64,000 nucleotides of DNA from Camelus dromedarius (taxonomy: Eukaryota), in NCBI RefSeq assembly GCF_036321535.1, contig NC_087437.1, positions 39,310,001 to 39,374,000 on the forward strand, written 5' to 3'. Shown here in pieces: positions 13,888 through 28,621 of the stretch. Position numbers and translations under genes: made by a program. Each line of letters begins with the position of its first letter. The first letter of the stretch is position 1. Under the pieces are notes generated by a model. The model saw nothing but the letters and a program-made list of their open reading frames with translations, was not told the DNA's origin and did no database searches.

Positions 13888-14364
13888 TTTGACTTTCCTT
13901 GAAAAATGTAGGATCCCAATTTATAAACCAATATTCCAACATTTCTTCTGCACATTAGAAAGAAAATTCTTGTGAAATAATTTCCACCTTTGGGAAAAGC
14001 TAAACAACGCAGATCCATTTTCATTGTTCTCACTTTTGAAATGATCCAGTGTTATTGAATTCTCTCCAAATCCCTTATGCACATCTTTTACCTCAGCCAC
14101 CTAACCAGCAAGTGCCTCCATTAAAAAAAAAAAAAAAATTGCTCACAACTCTGGGATAAGTTTTCCCTGGTCAGTACTCCAACTGAGTCCTTGGGATTGG
14201 TGCTACCCCCTTACTCAGTTTCAAATACTCCAATTGCCACTGCTGCCTTTGTTCACAACCTCCTGCCTTCCTGTATGCATGCACCATAACTGAGGATTTT
14301 GTTCAAAATCCTCAAACCTATTTTTTCTCATGGTAATGCCTGGTTATTAAAGAAGTTGTACGCC

Positions 14365-14575
14365 CTAGTGGTATAAAGGACTATGGGATCAGAGATAGAT
14401 CTGGGTTGGAATCCCAGCCCCCTCATTCACTGTGATGATAAGCTGTTAATTTAGACTCATTAGTATTTCCTTATTTGTGATTTGGGCATAATAATCATAC
14501 ATATGTCATAGAGTTGTGAATGAAGATTAGATAATTAATGCATGCAAAGAATTTAGTAAGTTGCGTGACTCACAG
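14365..14575 (+). mobile_element. MIR SINE
   Basis: gatctgggttggaatcccagc...ttccttatttgtga...gaagattag. Confidence 0.65.
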
Positions 14576-15019
14576 AAATTTGCTAGAACCCTAAAGAGAG
14601 AGGAGTAATTTTCAGCTGCAGAGTTAGGGACAATGCTGTTCCTTGACAGTCAGGGCTGGAATTCAGTTATTGATGATACCAAAGCCTGTGCTCAGACCAC
14701 GTATACTCTGTCCAGTGTAAACTTCCCAGGGCCTTACGTTGCTGGCACTCAATGCTTGCTTACTGAGTTTTAGGAATCAAATCCTGTGTACCCTCAAATT
14801 TTTCTTTAATGCTGTTTCTACCATCTCCCAGGAACAAAACCCCATGTCCCCCTTGGCTGTTCTGTCCTCTTTATTTATCATTGTTGTCCAGCTTTAATTC
14901 TGTCTCATCCCGTATCTTCTGAAGCCCTCGTCATCTGGATACACACTGCCCTTTATAACTTATCTTTGAAAGTGCCCCGCTTCAATAGCCATCCCAACAG
15001 AACCCAGGCCTCTTCTCCA

Positions 15020-15270
15020 ATATAGAGCAGGGGTGAAGAAACATGCCTCGGAATCCAGCCGCTTCAGTTTGAAGCTCTGTTTTTTCCACAAATCCCAGTT
15101 CGGTCACTTTTTAGCTTTGGGACCTTGAATACATTTTCTGCCTCAGTTTCTTTATCTATAAAATGGTTGTTTAAATTGTCCCTACTTCATTGAGTTGTTG
15201 TGAAGATTAAATGAATGCATGTAAAGCACTTGCAACCATTCCTGGAACATATTAAGCCCTGTGTACTTAT
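15020..15270 (+). mobile_element. MIR SINE
   Basis: tctgcctcagtttctttatctataaaatgg...gttgttgtgaagattaaatga...gtaaagcactt. Confidence 0.75.
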
Positions 15271-18200
15271 TATCCATAATTTTAATAATTATTAATCCAT
15301 AATGATAATCATTTTTACTATTTGTCAAAGATTTCCAAATGTAGCTCAGAGTTATTATCTCTTCAGATCATCTCCTTGTTCCCTGCTACCTTTCATTAAA
15401 TATTTTTCCTTATCTTCCTGGAATGATGTATGAGAAGTGCCTGAAACTGGGCTTAGCACAAAGCAAGCACTCCTAACATGCTACCCACCCTTTTTTCCTT
15501 TGAGTCTCACTCCCTCAGCAATCAACCCAGCTTGCACTTGACTTCCTTCTTGAAAGTTTCTTCCTTTGGGTTTTGACACCCTATTCTTCCCTGGTCTGGT
15601 TCTTTTTCTAATGCTTGGTCTTCTCTTTCTACTTCTTTTCCCATTTGTCTGTACTTGTTCGTCTCCCCACATAGTGTAAGTTCCACGAGCGGGGTGGGAA
15701 TAGCGTACTCATCTCTCTCTCCCGGTGTCTTACACTTAGTAAGTACTTTTGCTGATTTTAGTATTTGTCTTGATTCTTTTAACTCACTACATAAAGTTTT
15801 TTTTTTTTTTTTTTTAATTCCCTCGACCCCAGTCAGGTTTAGCTACACACAAGCCTCATACACTCTGGATTTCATACCACTCACGGTTGTTTTACTTCAA
15901 ACATGTTAAATTCCCAAATCTCTCTTTCTGATGCCAACAGATTGTTTGTCTGTTTCAACTTTCTTTACTGTAGTTTCACTAATAATGCCTCACTTCTATT
16001 GAGTGTCTTCAATATTCCAAATGCTGTGTTAGTTCCTTTACATACAGTAATCCACTTAGTATTTACCCCTTGAAATAGTTGTTGTTATGCTTTTTTTATA
16101 GATAAAGGGCTTAAAATTCCTAGAAGTGGCTGTCCCAAGGTCACCTAGCTAGTGGCCTTGGCAGAGTCAGGTGACAAACTCATCTCTTTGATCTTTTCTC
16201 TCTGCCATTTTGAAACATGGCATTTAACATATTAAATGTCAACATGAATATTCTAGACAATAATTATTATAGCAATTTTGAAAGAAGAGAATTTTTAAAA
16301 TAATATACTTAACTTTAAAAAAATGTTCAGTTTCTGTCCACTGGATTTCTCATTGCATCTATTAATGCCTCACAAAGCAGATAGTCTCCAAGTACCTCAG
16401 AGAATGTGACATTTGACTACCAGACCTCTTGTCAGAGCTGGCTGCAATTGTGTTGGAAATTGGCTCTCCAGCTGGGCTGGACTGCAGTTAGGAAACACGA
16501 TAGTAGATGGTGAACTGCCACTGCTGGGATGTGAAGCAGACATGAATGTTAAGCAATAGTGTCCACAATTTGCAGCCCAGGAACTGCCAAATTGACAGCT
16601 AGACTAAACTATAGCGGCATAGGAAGATGTGGCTAGTTTCTTCGTTCAGTCAATACAAAGTCTTATATTGTACTCTGATGAATACAATCTCACTGTCCCA
16701 TAAACCGAGATGCTGTCAATTATGAATCTCGGTTAGATTCTCAGCCAGCATTTCATGTCTGAGCGCCCTTGTAAGCCTCATAATGGCCCTGACTCTAGTT
16801 GGTCTGGATTAGCCTTTCAAGTGAATGTGCAGTTCTTTAAGCATGTAGACACTCCAACAGCAGCCGCACTTCTCTCTGTGAACTAAATAGATTTCTTGCA
16901 TTTTATCTAGGACTAGATGAAAGGGATCCATAATGCTGTGCTCGAAATAAATCTTGACTCTCTGAGGGGCTTTAACAGATATAGTGAAAGTAGGAAATGA
17001 ATAATATTAGTAATGAGCAAAACTTAAAAAGAAAATCTAAAGGTTTGGCGGCGGGTGGGGGTGAGGGTTCTGTCTCCTTTTAAAGGGCGTGTACCAAATG
17101 ATTCTTTTATCTCGTGTTTGCTTTGAGGATTTCTTTCTTTCAGGCTTGGGATAGTCATTTGGTAGTTCACTAGATAGAAAATTTGCTTGTCTTCTTCACC
17201 ATTCTCTCATATGTTGCTTTGCCATTCATTTGCTTCCTGCAAGGGACATTTCCAAGTTCCTAGTATATGAAGTTCGAAATGAAGAGTTTTTTGATACAAA
17301 AATCAAAGGTCCCTGCTTTCAAGAAGCTCATGGTCTGGTGAGGGAGACAAATGCATAAAGGGTGCACAGTGGTAAAGATGTACGTAACGTATTACTAGAA
17401 TCCCAGTGAATAGCACCTAAGTCAGCCTAAAGGACTTCTTCAAAAGTCAAGAGGAGATGATATAAAATAAAAGTTTGAAAGATTAGGAATTGTTCTAGAG
17501 AAGTGCCAAGGTCGCAGAAATCTGCTACATAGAATTATTGCACAAACAGAGAACATGTATATTTCAAATATACAACAGTTAAGGAAGCTATTGGGATTTT
17601 AGATGGATATTTTGTTATCCATATACCCATATAGCCAAGTAATTTTCAGTAGGAACACATTTCTTGGACTAGAACGTATTCCCTGGTAAAATGCCAGTCT
17701 ACCCTTATATATGAAGATGTGCATTGTTTAGCCATTAATTGTTTGTTAAACATAGATATCTCAACCTTACAAATAGAATCACTGGCTTTCAGACATCTTT
17801 GAAAGTCAAGAAGTGAGAATCTAGAGAGAGATGAAGTCAAGGGATTCTGACTGGTGAATACCTTTAGCAAATGCTCTGGAGCCAATGAGGATGTACAGGG
17901 AGATTACCAACATATACTTTTGAGAAAGTCATTTTGTGAAAGTGTTACCTGAGAGTATTGGGAGGCCTTGACACTAAGAATGGAAGCAACCAGGTCCTTT
18001 CCATGGCATCTTTAATACTTCTGTCTTCAACTATCATAAGACTGATCACTGGAAAATCTGAGAAATTATAATAGAGCATCTTTAAGGGAGAAAAAATTTC
18101 TGGTGTTGAGGTTGAGCTTGAAATTTGTGTCACTGATTGTAATTAAATAACATTTAGCTGCCTCAGTGTAAATTTGTACAGATTCTAAAAGAAGTTTTTC

Positions 18201-19499
18201 TTAAAAATTTAGAAGTATAAATTGGCTCATATAGTTTGCAAGACAGGTATGTATTTAATTTTACAAATAAGTCAAGAATATCTCTCTGGCTGTTTATCCA
18301 ATACATCTTTTGAAAAGTAGAAGAATATGACAAAGACTCACTTGAAATAAATATTTTAATCATAGGCAAGTTCTGATTTTTTAAATCATATTTTTATCTC
18401 ATATTTATTAAAAACCTAAATAAGGTTTTAAATTGTACTAGGAATACATAAAATAAAAGTTTTTTACTTAAACATTTTCCAAAATTGTGACTAATAATCA
18501 AGTCTTTAAGATGATTTCCAGTCAGTTTAAGCTGTTCAAGCTAAATTGCAACGTATTATTTTACACTGCAGTTAAACTAACGCATTTAGTGAAATCCATG
18601 CCAACTCCTACATCCAAATTACCTTCTTATTTACATTCTTCAAGTTACACAGGAAGTTAAGAAACAGCAATTTCTTTTGAATTTGAAATGCCTTACCTGT
18701 GCATAAGAATGCAAGGTACTGAGAGATTTAAGATTATAGTCAGTGAAAGATTTTATCCTATGTGGCTTTAGGGCTACCATTTTGAAATGAAACATTTTCT
18801 TGATAAAATACACGTATTTTAACCATCTTTAATAAAGAGAAAAAGATGATTGAATCAAGACTCAGGAGACCTAAGAATTTCACCTTAGACCCTACCACTT
18901 CTCCATGTAAAATCTTCAATGCTTTACTATTGAACTTAAATTAATTCCAAAATCCTTACTGTGGACCACAGTGTCTTACATGGGCAGCCAAAGAGGTCTC
19001 CCTGTTGTTCTTTGAGTATGCTATGCCTTTTCTACCTCAATGTCTTGAGACCTTTTTTCCAGCCAGGCTCTCCTTTTCAGCTACGGTCTCTCACATTGTC
19101 CTGTTTATTTCCTTCACAGCACTCACATTAGTCTGTGATGATTTTTCTTGTTGGTTTATTCATACACTGTCTCCCTCACGCCACAGAATGAATGTTCCAG
19201 GAGGGCAGGGACATGGTCCTAGTCACTGCTATGCATCTGAAGTCTACCCCTGTGTATCTGTTAAGTGTCATGGATGATAACACTAGATTTTCCACCAATT
19301 GGCAGACCACTACCTAAAACCAAATTTCTGATAGCTGCATCCTTTTTCCATCAAACCACAATTCATAAAGCACCTTCTATATAGATGCTAGACATATGGG
19401 CAGATCAAGTTGTATGAGTCAGGTCCCTGCCTTCAAAGAATTGTGTATAATCTATTCAAAGATGTAAAACATGTCCTGTAATTGAGTAATTGTAGAAGT

Positions 19500-22400
19500 T
19501 TTGCCTTTTAAATTTCATTGTCCATATATGTTCATTAATGGTATATATAAATGCAATTTATTTGTATGTGTTTATCTTGTGAATTTGTCTCTTTCTCCTT
19601 CATTTCTGTCAGCTTTTGCTTTGCATATTTTGCAGTTCTCTTATTCGGTGCATGTACGTTTGGGATTGTTATGCCTTCTTGGTGCACTGACCCTTTTATT
19701 ATTCCTTCTATTAATATATAATGTCTCTTTCTGTCTCTGACGATTTTCTTTGCATTGAGGTTGACTTTAATTGGTATTTATATAGCCATTCCTCCTTTCT
19801 TTTGATTAATGTTTGCATGATATGTATTTTTTCCATCCTTTTCTTTTGACTTGCATATATAATTATATTTGGAATGAGTTTCATGTAGACGGTATATGGT
19901 TAGGTCATGTTTTTTAATTCGCTCTTCAAATATGGACCTTTTAATTGATGTAATACAATTTTAACCTTTTACATAAATATCATTATTGATATGTTACAGC
20001 TTGTCTGCCATTCCTGTTTGCTGTTTCTGTTTTTTTTTTCTGTAACTTTTTCTTGTCTTCTTGTTCATTACTATAACATCTTTTTGAATTCTATTTTGTT
20101 TTATTCATCACAGTTTTGAACGTATCTGTTTACCTAGCGTTTTACTGGTTGCTCCAGATATTAAATTACATACAACTAACTTATCTGCTGGTAGCATCAT
20201 TTTATCAGTTCAAATGAAATGTGGAAACTTAACTTACTCTCCCTTTACTCTTCTCCATTTATATATATAATTATTTAACTGTTTCCTATATGTGCATTTA
20301 GAGCCACATCAGACAATCTTATAAGTTGTGCTTCAGTCATTAAGTATAATTCAGAGGATTCATGAGGGAAAGGGAGGTTTATTGTGTGTGTGTATATATA
20401 TATATTTTTTTTCTTATTCTTGCTCTTTCTTCCTGACATTCTTGTTCTTTTTTTTTCTCTCCTGATGTTCCACTATTCCTTTTTCTAAAAAAATGTTTTT
20501 TCCTTTCTGTTTAGAAAAAGGACATTATTCTAGAGTAGTCTGCTCTAGATAGATTCTCTTAGTTTTCCTTTATGTGGGAATATCTTGGTTTCTCTTTCAT
20601 TCCTGCAGGGTAATTTTGCTGGATGTAAGATTCTGGATTGTTTTCTTTGATCAGTTGAAAATGGTGTCACTTCCTTCTGGTTTCCATGATTCCATGAGAA
20701 ATCTTGTGTTATTTTACATTTTTCTCTTATAGAAAAGTGTCATTTTTTTTTTCTTGTTGCTTTAAGGATTTTTCCTTTGACTTTAATTATCAGAAGATTG
20801 ACTATGATGTGTCTTAGTGTGGATTTCTTTGGGTTTGATTTGCTTGGGCTTCAGGCAGCTTCCTGGATCTATAGATGTCAGTTTTTTTGCCAAATTTGGG
20901 AAAAATTTTTGCCTTATTTCTTTGAGCATATTTTCAGCCCTACTTTTTCTCTTCTATCCCCTAAGACTTAATTGACACAATGTTGTAGCTTTGTTATAGT
21001 TACATAGGTCTCTGTAGCTCCTTTTTTTTTTTTTTTTCTTTTTCAATTTGTTTTCTTTCTGTAGTTCAGCTGGGTAATTTCTATTGTTTTATCTTCCATT
21101 TGCTGATTCTTCCCTCTGTCCCCTCCATTCTGCTTTTTTAGCCCATTCATTGATTTTTTAAATTTCCTTTATTGTATTACTCAATTCTAAAATTTCCATT
21201 TGGTTCTTCTTTATACCTTCTATTTCTTTGCTGAGACTCCATTTCATTTGTTTTAAGCATGTTAGTAATTGCTCATTGAAGCATTTTTATAATGGTGGCT
21301 TTAAAATCTTCATCAGATAATTCTAACATCTCTCATATACTGATATTGGCATTGACTGATTGACTATTTAAATCATTTTGAGATTTTCCTGATCCTTGAC
21401 ATTATTAGTGATTTTCTATTGAAACCTGGACATTTTGAGTATTATGAGACTTGGGACCTTATTTAAATCTTCTATTTTAGTTGGTTTTCTTTGACACGTC
21501 TCTGGGAGGGGTAAAAGGAGAGGATGCTACCTTGTCATTGCCCAGTGGAGGTAGACATCCAAGCTTCCTATCTAGCTTCTGAGGGCTCCTGAGGAGCATA
21601 TACCTCATTACTGCTGTGCAGGAATGGGAGTTTTAGCTCTCCAGGAGGCCTTCACTGACACTGCTTGGCTAGGAGGTATAAATGTGCCTTCTTACTGTTC
21701 CCATGTGGCTTTCATGGACACCATGGTGGAGTGGCCTCCTTATCACTGAGTGGTGGTGAAAGTTTCCTCTAATAACACACCAGGGAGAGGTGAAAAAATA
21801 CCTTATTACGGCCTGGTAAGAGGGACAGTCTGGGCTCACCACTCAACCTTTGGTATCATGGGTCGGGATGGAGTTACATTTTTTTTTAAACGACGTTTGG
21901 CCACAGCAGAGCATTATTTAGTAGAACTTTGCTGTCTTGTTAGGCTGCCTCTTTCCTAGTTCTTGGCTAGAAAGTCTCCTTCTAAAATTCAAATATCTGC
22001 TTGATATTGTCCTACTGGTCACCTGCACTTTCTTTATTTAAATTGTTTAGGACCCTTTTTCCTTTCTGTTCTTCATTTTGGATAATGTATACTGTTATGT
22101 TTTTCAGGTTCTGTAATTTTCTAATGATGTAATCTGCTGTTAGTCCCAGTTAGTGAAATTTTTATTTCAGATCTTGTATTCTTCTTCTCTAGAAATTCCT
22201 TTTGGTAACTTTTAATACCTTCTATTTTTCTCCTTATTAGATGATTTTTTTTCTTCAAATGTTCATGCATATTGGGTTTATTTATAGTACCATTTTAGTA
22301 TCCTTATCTGCTGATTTCATCATCACTAGTATTTCTAAGTCTGTTTTTATTGAATGAGTTTTCTCCTGGTTATGGGTCATAATTTCTCACCCTTTTTGCA

Positions 22401-23130
22401 TGTTTATTAATTTTTATGTGATACAGAACATTATGAATTTTACATGGTTGAGTGCTGGCTTTTGTTGTTTTCCTTTAAAAGTATTGCACGTGTTTTCTGG
22501 ATGCCAAGTTACGTACAGGTACAGGCTCTTCTGGGATCTCTACTGAATGCCCCATATAGTTAATGACGTATCTTCAGTCTGGCTGCTGAGAACTGGTTCC
22601 TGGCTATCTGTGTGCTCTGGGAATTGTTTGGCTAACAGGTACCCTAATTTGTCTTTCCAGTGTGTCATTCTTTGCCTTACTTCATGGAGATTTACCCTAT
22701 GCATACACGGAATTACATTTAGTCAAAGGATCATTTATTTACATTTAGTTCCGTGTATACACAGAATTGCATTTGGTTCAAGAGGACCATCATATAGATT
22801 TCTGGAGTTTTTTTCCTCTATACAACACTCTCCCGCCACCCCAGCCCCTTTGTAACACTCCACAAATTCTATTTGTGTTACCAGTCATGAACTCTGATCT
22901 GCCTCTTTAATTTAGGAAAATCATTGAGCTCTCCTTTGGTTTCTCTTTCTTGTGCTATAATCCAGAAATTTCCTCCAGCAAAACTCAGAGCAGTAATTTA
23001 GCTTTGTTTCTCTTCGCTCATGGTTCTACCTCCTGTGCTTTCTGTTGTCCAATACTTACAAACTGTTGTGTCACGTGTTTTCACCTGGTTTTCTAGTTGT
23101 TTATGGTAGAAGGTAAGTCCAGCCATGCTA
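19500..23130 (-). mobile_element. Old LINE-1 (L1M-type) fragments, antisense
   Basis: T-rich strand with L1 motifs (ttgactatgatgtgtcttagtgtggatttctttggg, tccattctgct, gcttcctggatct). Probably two or more adjoining fragments; boundaries approximate. Confidence 0.75.
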
Positions 23131-23964
23131 CTTTTTCAGGGTCAGGATCCATGCTTGGGCAGGCCCCATTTAATGCTGCCATGTAAAGGACACTGTCCTT
23201 TATCTCTAAACACAAAAGAAGCATTAGAATCTTGACTGAAAATAATGTTTGTGTCCCACATGCTACTTTCAAATGTCCTCCTCTATTCTAGCGACCAAGA
23301 ATAAAACTGCAAGTTTATAGCCAAATGCTTCATTGTAGGAGATTTTTTTTTAAAATGATTCTTCTAGAGTCTAATCCATATGGGTTAAGTTTGCAGTTAA
23401 AATCAGTCTCAAAAACAGAAGGGACTTTTGACAGTGCAGTGGTTTGCTGTAGGGAGGTTATACGTAGCCATTTTCTGGAAGGATAACCCCTCAAGAGTTG
23501 GAGACCTCGGGCACCAGGAAGGCATTAAGAGCAACAGGAAATTAAGTAAATTTAGAGAAGAGGTTTCCAGGGGTGGTGGTTAATGAGAAGAACATATCAA
23601 AGATATATTGCAATCTACCTTACAATCTTAGATCTGGTGGAATTGACCTCTCACTTTTTAGAGTTAAGAGGAGAAGTTACCTATCCCATTGTCTTAAGAG
23701 CTGGTGGTAGAGGATATGGAAAGTAAGTTTCTGGTATAAACATCGCTGTGTCGGTCAACATCATTTTCTTAATCTGTGACAAAATGTACAGATACAATCA
23801 AGAAAGCAAGCGAAAACAAAAAGGTCCAGCAAATTATATTTTTTGTGAAATTGGGGGGCAGATTGAATCTGTATACTTGAACATAAGAGTTTCATGGAGA
23901 GCTGATACTGAGCAGAAGCAACACAAGGAGAAAAAAGATGGGGAAAGATAAGAAAAGGAGGAAG

Positions 23965-25620
23965 GAGATAATAAAGATTAGAATAGAAATCAATGAAGTA
24001 GAGAATAGAAAAACAAGAGAAAAAATCAAACCAGAAGTTGGTCCTTTGAAAACATTGATAAAATTGACAAATGCTTAGCTAGACTGATAAAGGAAAAAAG
24101 AGAGGTGACTTAAATTACTAAAGTCATAAATGAAGGCGGGGCCTCACTACTGGTCCCAAGGAAATTTTAAAAAGCGCAAAGTAATACTATGAACAGCTGT
24201 ATCACAACGAACCTAGATAATTTAGATGAAATGAATAAATTCCTAGGATGACAAGAACTACAGAAACTGACTTTTGAAGATATAGAAAATCTGATTAGAC
24301 ATATAATAAGTAAAGCTAGACTTATCATAGTGACCATTTCATAATGTATTTAAATATCAAATCACTATGTTGTACAGCTGAAACCGACATAATATTGTAT
24401 GTCAACTAGATTTCAATTTTAAAAAAAGGTAAAAATAAGTAAATAAAATGGTATAGTATTTGCATGTGACCTATACACATCCTCCTGTGGGGTAAAAAAA
24501 AAAAAAAAAAAAGAGGGCTAGAATTAGTAATTTTAAAACTTTCCATAAAGAAAAGTTCAGGCCCAGATGGTTTCAGTGGTGAACTATACCAAACATTTAA
24601 AGTATAATTAGTACATATTCTTTACAAATTATCCCAAAATACAGAAGAGAGCAATTCCCAGCTCATTCCATGAGATCAGCTGATACACTGATACCAAAAC
24701 CAGGTAAGGATATCACAGGAAACAAAACTGCAGACCAATATCTCTTATGCATATTTTTACATATAGATGTAAAAAGCCTCAACAAAATACTAGTAAACCA
24801 AATCCAACAATGTATAAAAGGGATTATGCATTATGATCAAGTAGGATTTATGTCAGGAAATCAAGAGAGGGTCAACATCTGAAAATCAATTAATGTAGTG
24901 TAGTATACTGTATAAAAAACCATCTCTCGATAGGTGCAAAAAAAAATACTTGACAAAATCCAACTCCCTTTTATGATAAAAGAACTCAACAAACTAGAAA
25001 TAGAAGAGAACTTCCTCTACCTGATAAACTGACCCTATGGAAAAACACACAGATGACATTATACCTAACAGAGAAATCCTGAAAGCTCTCTCCCTATAAC
25101 CAGGAATAAGACAAGGACATTTGTTCTTTCCACTTCTATTCAACATTGTACCAGAAGTTCTAGACAGATCAAAAAGGCAAGAAAATAGGAGCCATCCAAA
25201 TTAGAAAGGGGGACGTAAGGTTTCTCTATTTGCAGATGACAGGATCTTATAATAGAAAATCGTAAGGAATCCACCTTTAAAAAAAAAACTATTAGAACTA
25301 ATTAAGAAATTCAGCTAAATTGCAGGATAAAAGATCAAAATATAAAAATCAATTGGATTTCTATATAATGGCAATGAAAAATCTGGAAGTAAAATTAAGA
25401 AGCCATTCTGGTTTACAATAGCATCAAAAAGAATAAAATACATAGGAACAAATTTAACAAAAGAGTGCAAAAATTATTTAATGGAAACTATAAAACATTG
25501 TTGAAATAAGTTAGATACTAAAATAAATGGAGAGACACCTCATGTTCATGGATTGGATAACTTAATACTGTTCGAATGGCAATAATCCCCCGAACTGACC
25601 TACAGATTCAATTCAGTCTC
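23965..25620 (+). mobile_element. LINE-1 ORF2 fragment (reverse transcriptase region), decayed, with a nested insertion at ~24316-24512
   Basis: TLIPKPGKD, KILVNQIQQCIKGIMHYDQVGF, ggaataagacaagga, ctatttgcagatgac (FADD) and catgttcatggattgga motifs. Confidence 0.92.
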
Positions 25621-25669
25621 TCCCTGCATAAAAGCAAAGATCAGAACAATGTATATTGTATCTGTGATT

Positions 25670-25683
25670 GATAGATAGATAGG

Positions 25684-25727
<44 letters not shown>

Positions 25728-25737
25728 CAGACAGACA
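25670..25737. repeat. (GATA)n(GACA)n tetranucleotide microsatellite
   Basis: Directly visible. Confidence 0.95.
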
Positions 25738-26661
25738 TTTAAATTACTTATATTTCATAAAGAAAGTCTGGAAGGATTTACAATAAGCTAATGAAAGCAT
25801 CAATGTATGATAGTGGTTGGGTTGGAACCAGGTGAATGTGGGCATATGGTAGCTTTATATGCTGTTCTGCTTTTTGTATTCTGTGCATTATTTTTAAAAA
25901 GGGAAGAGGGAGCAGGCAGGAGTAGAAATTCGCACCCCAACAACTGTAATGTAGTCAAGGCTGATACAGAGTCAGGCCAGAATCACTTAACTCATCAATT
26001 CAATGTATAAGCTCTGTGTGGAGGTATCCTTGGTAGGATGCGTGGCCTCGCATTCCTTTGGACGTCCCGAGAATACGACTAAGACTAACTAAGACAAGAG
26101 CAAGTGAGAGGAGAAGGAGGTCGGGGCTAAGTCTGGTGGAATCTGAACTTCCCTATGCCATCTCCATGGCAGCTGTAGCCAAGAATCTCCCATGTCGCTC
26201 TGGTTGGCCTTCTCCTCACACCGAGGTTGCTTAGCCAATGGCAGAGGAGATCTAGAGGCAATAAAAGGTTTATCTGAGAATAACTGCTCCTCAGAGGAGC
26301 AGAGGAGGTGGAGAGAGAAGGAGGAGAAAATGTGAAGGTAGATGGAGATGTTCCTGCTGACTCTCTCTAACTTTGGGTACAAGAGCACAGCAGACATACT
26401 TTTGAGAAGCATAAAGTTAGCCAATTCTTTGGCTCTGATCTGCATTTGGATTTGTTCAGATTTGGGAGCTCAGATCACAAAATGGGAAGCCTTTTGTTGA
26501 ATTGGTTTCATCTGAAAGTGGGGAAAGAACTTTCTGGAGTTTTTCCCCTCTTTATATGAGAAACCCTGTGGTCCTAGTTCTCTTACCTCTTCCACACTTC
26601 CACTCTGTATTTCTTTCTAAAGGTAATGAATTGCCAACTATCACTGCTGAATTGCTTTCAG

Positions 26662-26781
26662 AGGTGGACCCCTGCACGGGTAGGAATGGATATGCCCACA
26701 TCTGTCAGAGTGAGAATGGCTTGGCCAGGTGTGCCCGTCATCCAGGGTACCAGCTGTCTGAAGACAAAAAGGCCTGTGCAG
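26662..26781 (+). pseudogene. EGFEM1: EGF-like exon (VDPCTGRNGYAHICQSENGLARCARHPGYQLSEDKKACA)
   Basis: ttcag|AG ... G|gtagga, 120 bp, open frame. Two EGF cysteines are replaced (TAT 26691, CGT 26736). Confidence 0.9.
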
Positions 26782-28498
26782 GTAGGACATTGAAGCTGAT
26801 GGATTAATTGGGTAATTGTTTGAAATTTTGTGGTAATTCAGTTTTGAATAGTCAGAACAGCTAGGAGAATGGTGTTTTCATTTATGCTTAAAAAGGAACA
26901 TTTATATTCTTATTTGATCATTCTGAAAGGTATTTTATGATACTATAAAAACGCAGTGAAATTTTTAGTTACAAAAAAATGATCTGGTGTGGTTTCAGAA
27001 TGAATGCTTTTTGCTTTCTTTTTCTCATTCTGCAGTTAATTTCAGAATTAATATTTCAAAACCTTCCATAACCACACAGGGAGTTTTTTATTACATGCTA
27101 CAGAAGGTGGGGATAACCTTTGAAAAACAAGTATGTGCAAATGAGTGTTCTCAGAAGTTAGGAATAATTAAAACTGAAAAAAAAAAAAAGAAACTCTATA
27201 AATACAAGGTTACATATTTCTGTTTCCTAGAAATAGCAAAACAGACATACTTCAATTCAAAGATGAAAGTGATAAATTACTTCAAGACCAGAACTGATAA
27301 ATGAAGCCATTCCTGTGGGACAGTCTTTGTTTTAATAACTTCTGAGAAATCACAGAATCCTTCATTTTTATCACGACTTTGCCATGAAATGAGAAACAGT
27401 TTATTTGGATTAATTATGAAAATACAAAATGTTTCCTGACTTATGGGACTGATAAACACTTTGCAAAATTGCAAAAGAATTAGATACGAAAATTAGTATT
27501 AAGTTAGGTTTTTTTTTTTTCTTTCTTTCTTTAAGCCAAAACTAAGATAAAATTTTTGGTGGATTGTGTTAACATACTTTTCTGACAAAGAACATTTCTG
27601 TTTTGGTCCTCTGTTTACATAACACCTACCTTGCTCAACATCTGGTAAAGAATAAGATCTCATTCAATATTTGTAGAAAATTGATAAATACATACATATA
27701 TAGATATATACATATGCACCTATATATATCTATGTAAAATCTTTTTCAAATTTTTATTTTAATATCTGGTGCGTTATTCCTAGGAAGTCTATCCCCAAAG
27801 GCACTGCCTGCTTAGGGTTTTACAAATACCTTAGAAGGAGTACTTGTCTCAAGAGTCCTAATGGGGATGACATGCTGGCCAGTATAAGGAGGAAGTTCTA
27901 GTTGGGAAAATGATGGTGAGACCTGTCCACTTAAAGGGAAGGAGCAAGGACTACCTGGGCTACAAAATGATGTTACTTGACTATTGGTGTCAGGAGAGAG
28001 AGAGGGCACCAGTGTTTAAATGGCACTGCCCTGTGACAATCATAGGTACAACATCCACTGTGGATTTCTACCGATGACAGCCCCAGATCTGCTTTGTGTA
28101 TGACCACTTATACTGTGTACTTTAAATCAGAGAGATAGCATTTTCGGTGAAGAATTTGATATATATTTCTAAAGACAAATTACAATGACTTTCACTCTGT
28201 AGGGGATAGAAAAGGCCTATTTGTTTGTTTGTTTTCTGTTCTCTTTCTTTGAATTGACAGATATTAGTAAGTTCTAATAGAGAGAAGTGTTTAAGAGCCT
28301 AAGACCAACACTAGAGTTAATGTCATTAGCAGTTGGTTTATTTGCACATATGGAGCCTATGTGATACTTTATTGTTACACTTAATGTTGGCGGGGGGGGG
28401 GGGTGGGCAGGGGATGCTTTCCAGTTCATTTTTATAGTTTACAAATAAATTTTAATTCCAGCTTGGAAGTCACCACTACTGTGTATCTCTTTCTGCAG

Positions 28499-28621
28499 CC
28501 ATCAACAAGTGTGCTGAAGGGCTCGCTCCCTGTAGCCATCGCTGTGTGAACACAGTGGGATCTTTCATGTGTGCCTGCCACCCTGGCTTTGAGCTGGGAG
28601 CTGATGGAAAACAGTGTTATA
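28499..28621 (+). pseudogene. EGFEM1: Calcium-binding-type EGF exon ([41 protein letters not shown])
   Basis: ctgcag|CC ... A|gtaagt, 123 bp, all six cysteines intact. Confidence 0.93.

Noticed and set aside
16359..16486. Segment starting INA... with CQ and GWT-like traces, considered as the AINSC EGF exon
   Set aside because: No AG acceptor and poor cysteine spacing; 4299-4416 matches that module far better.
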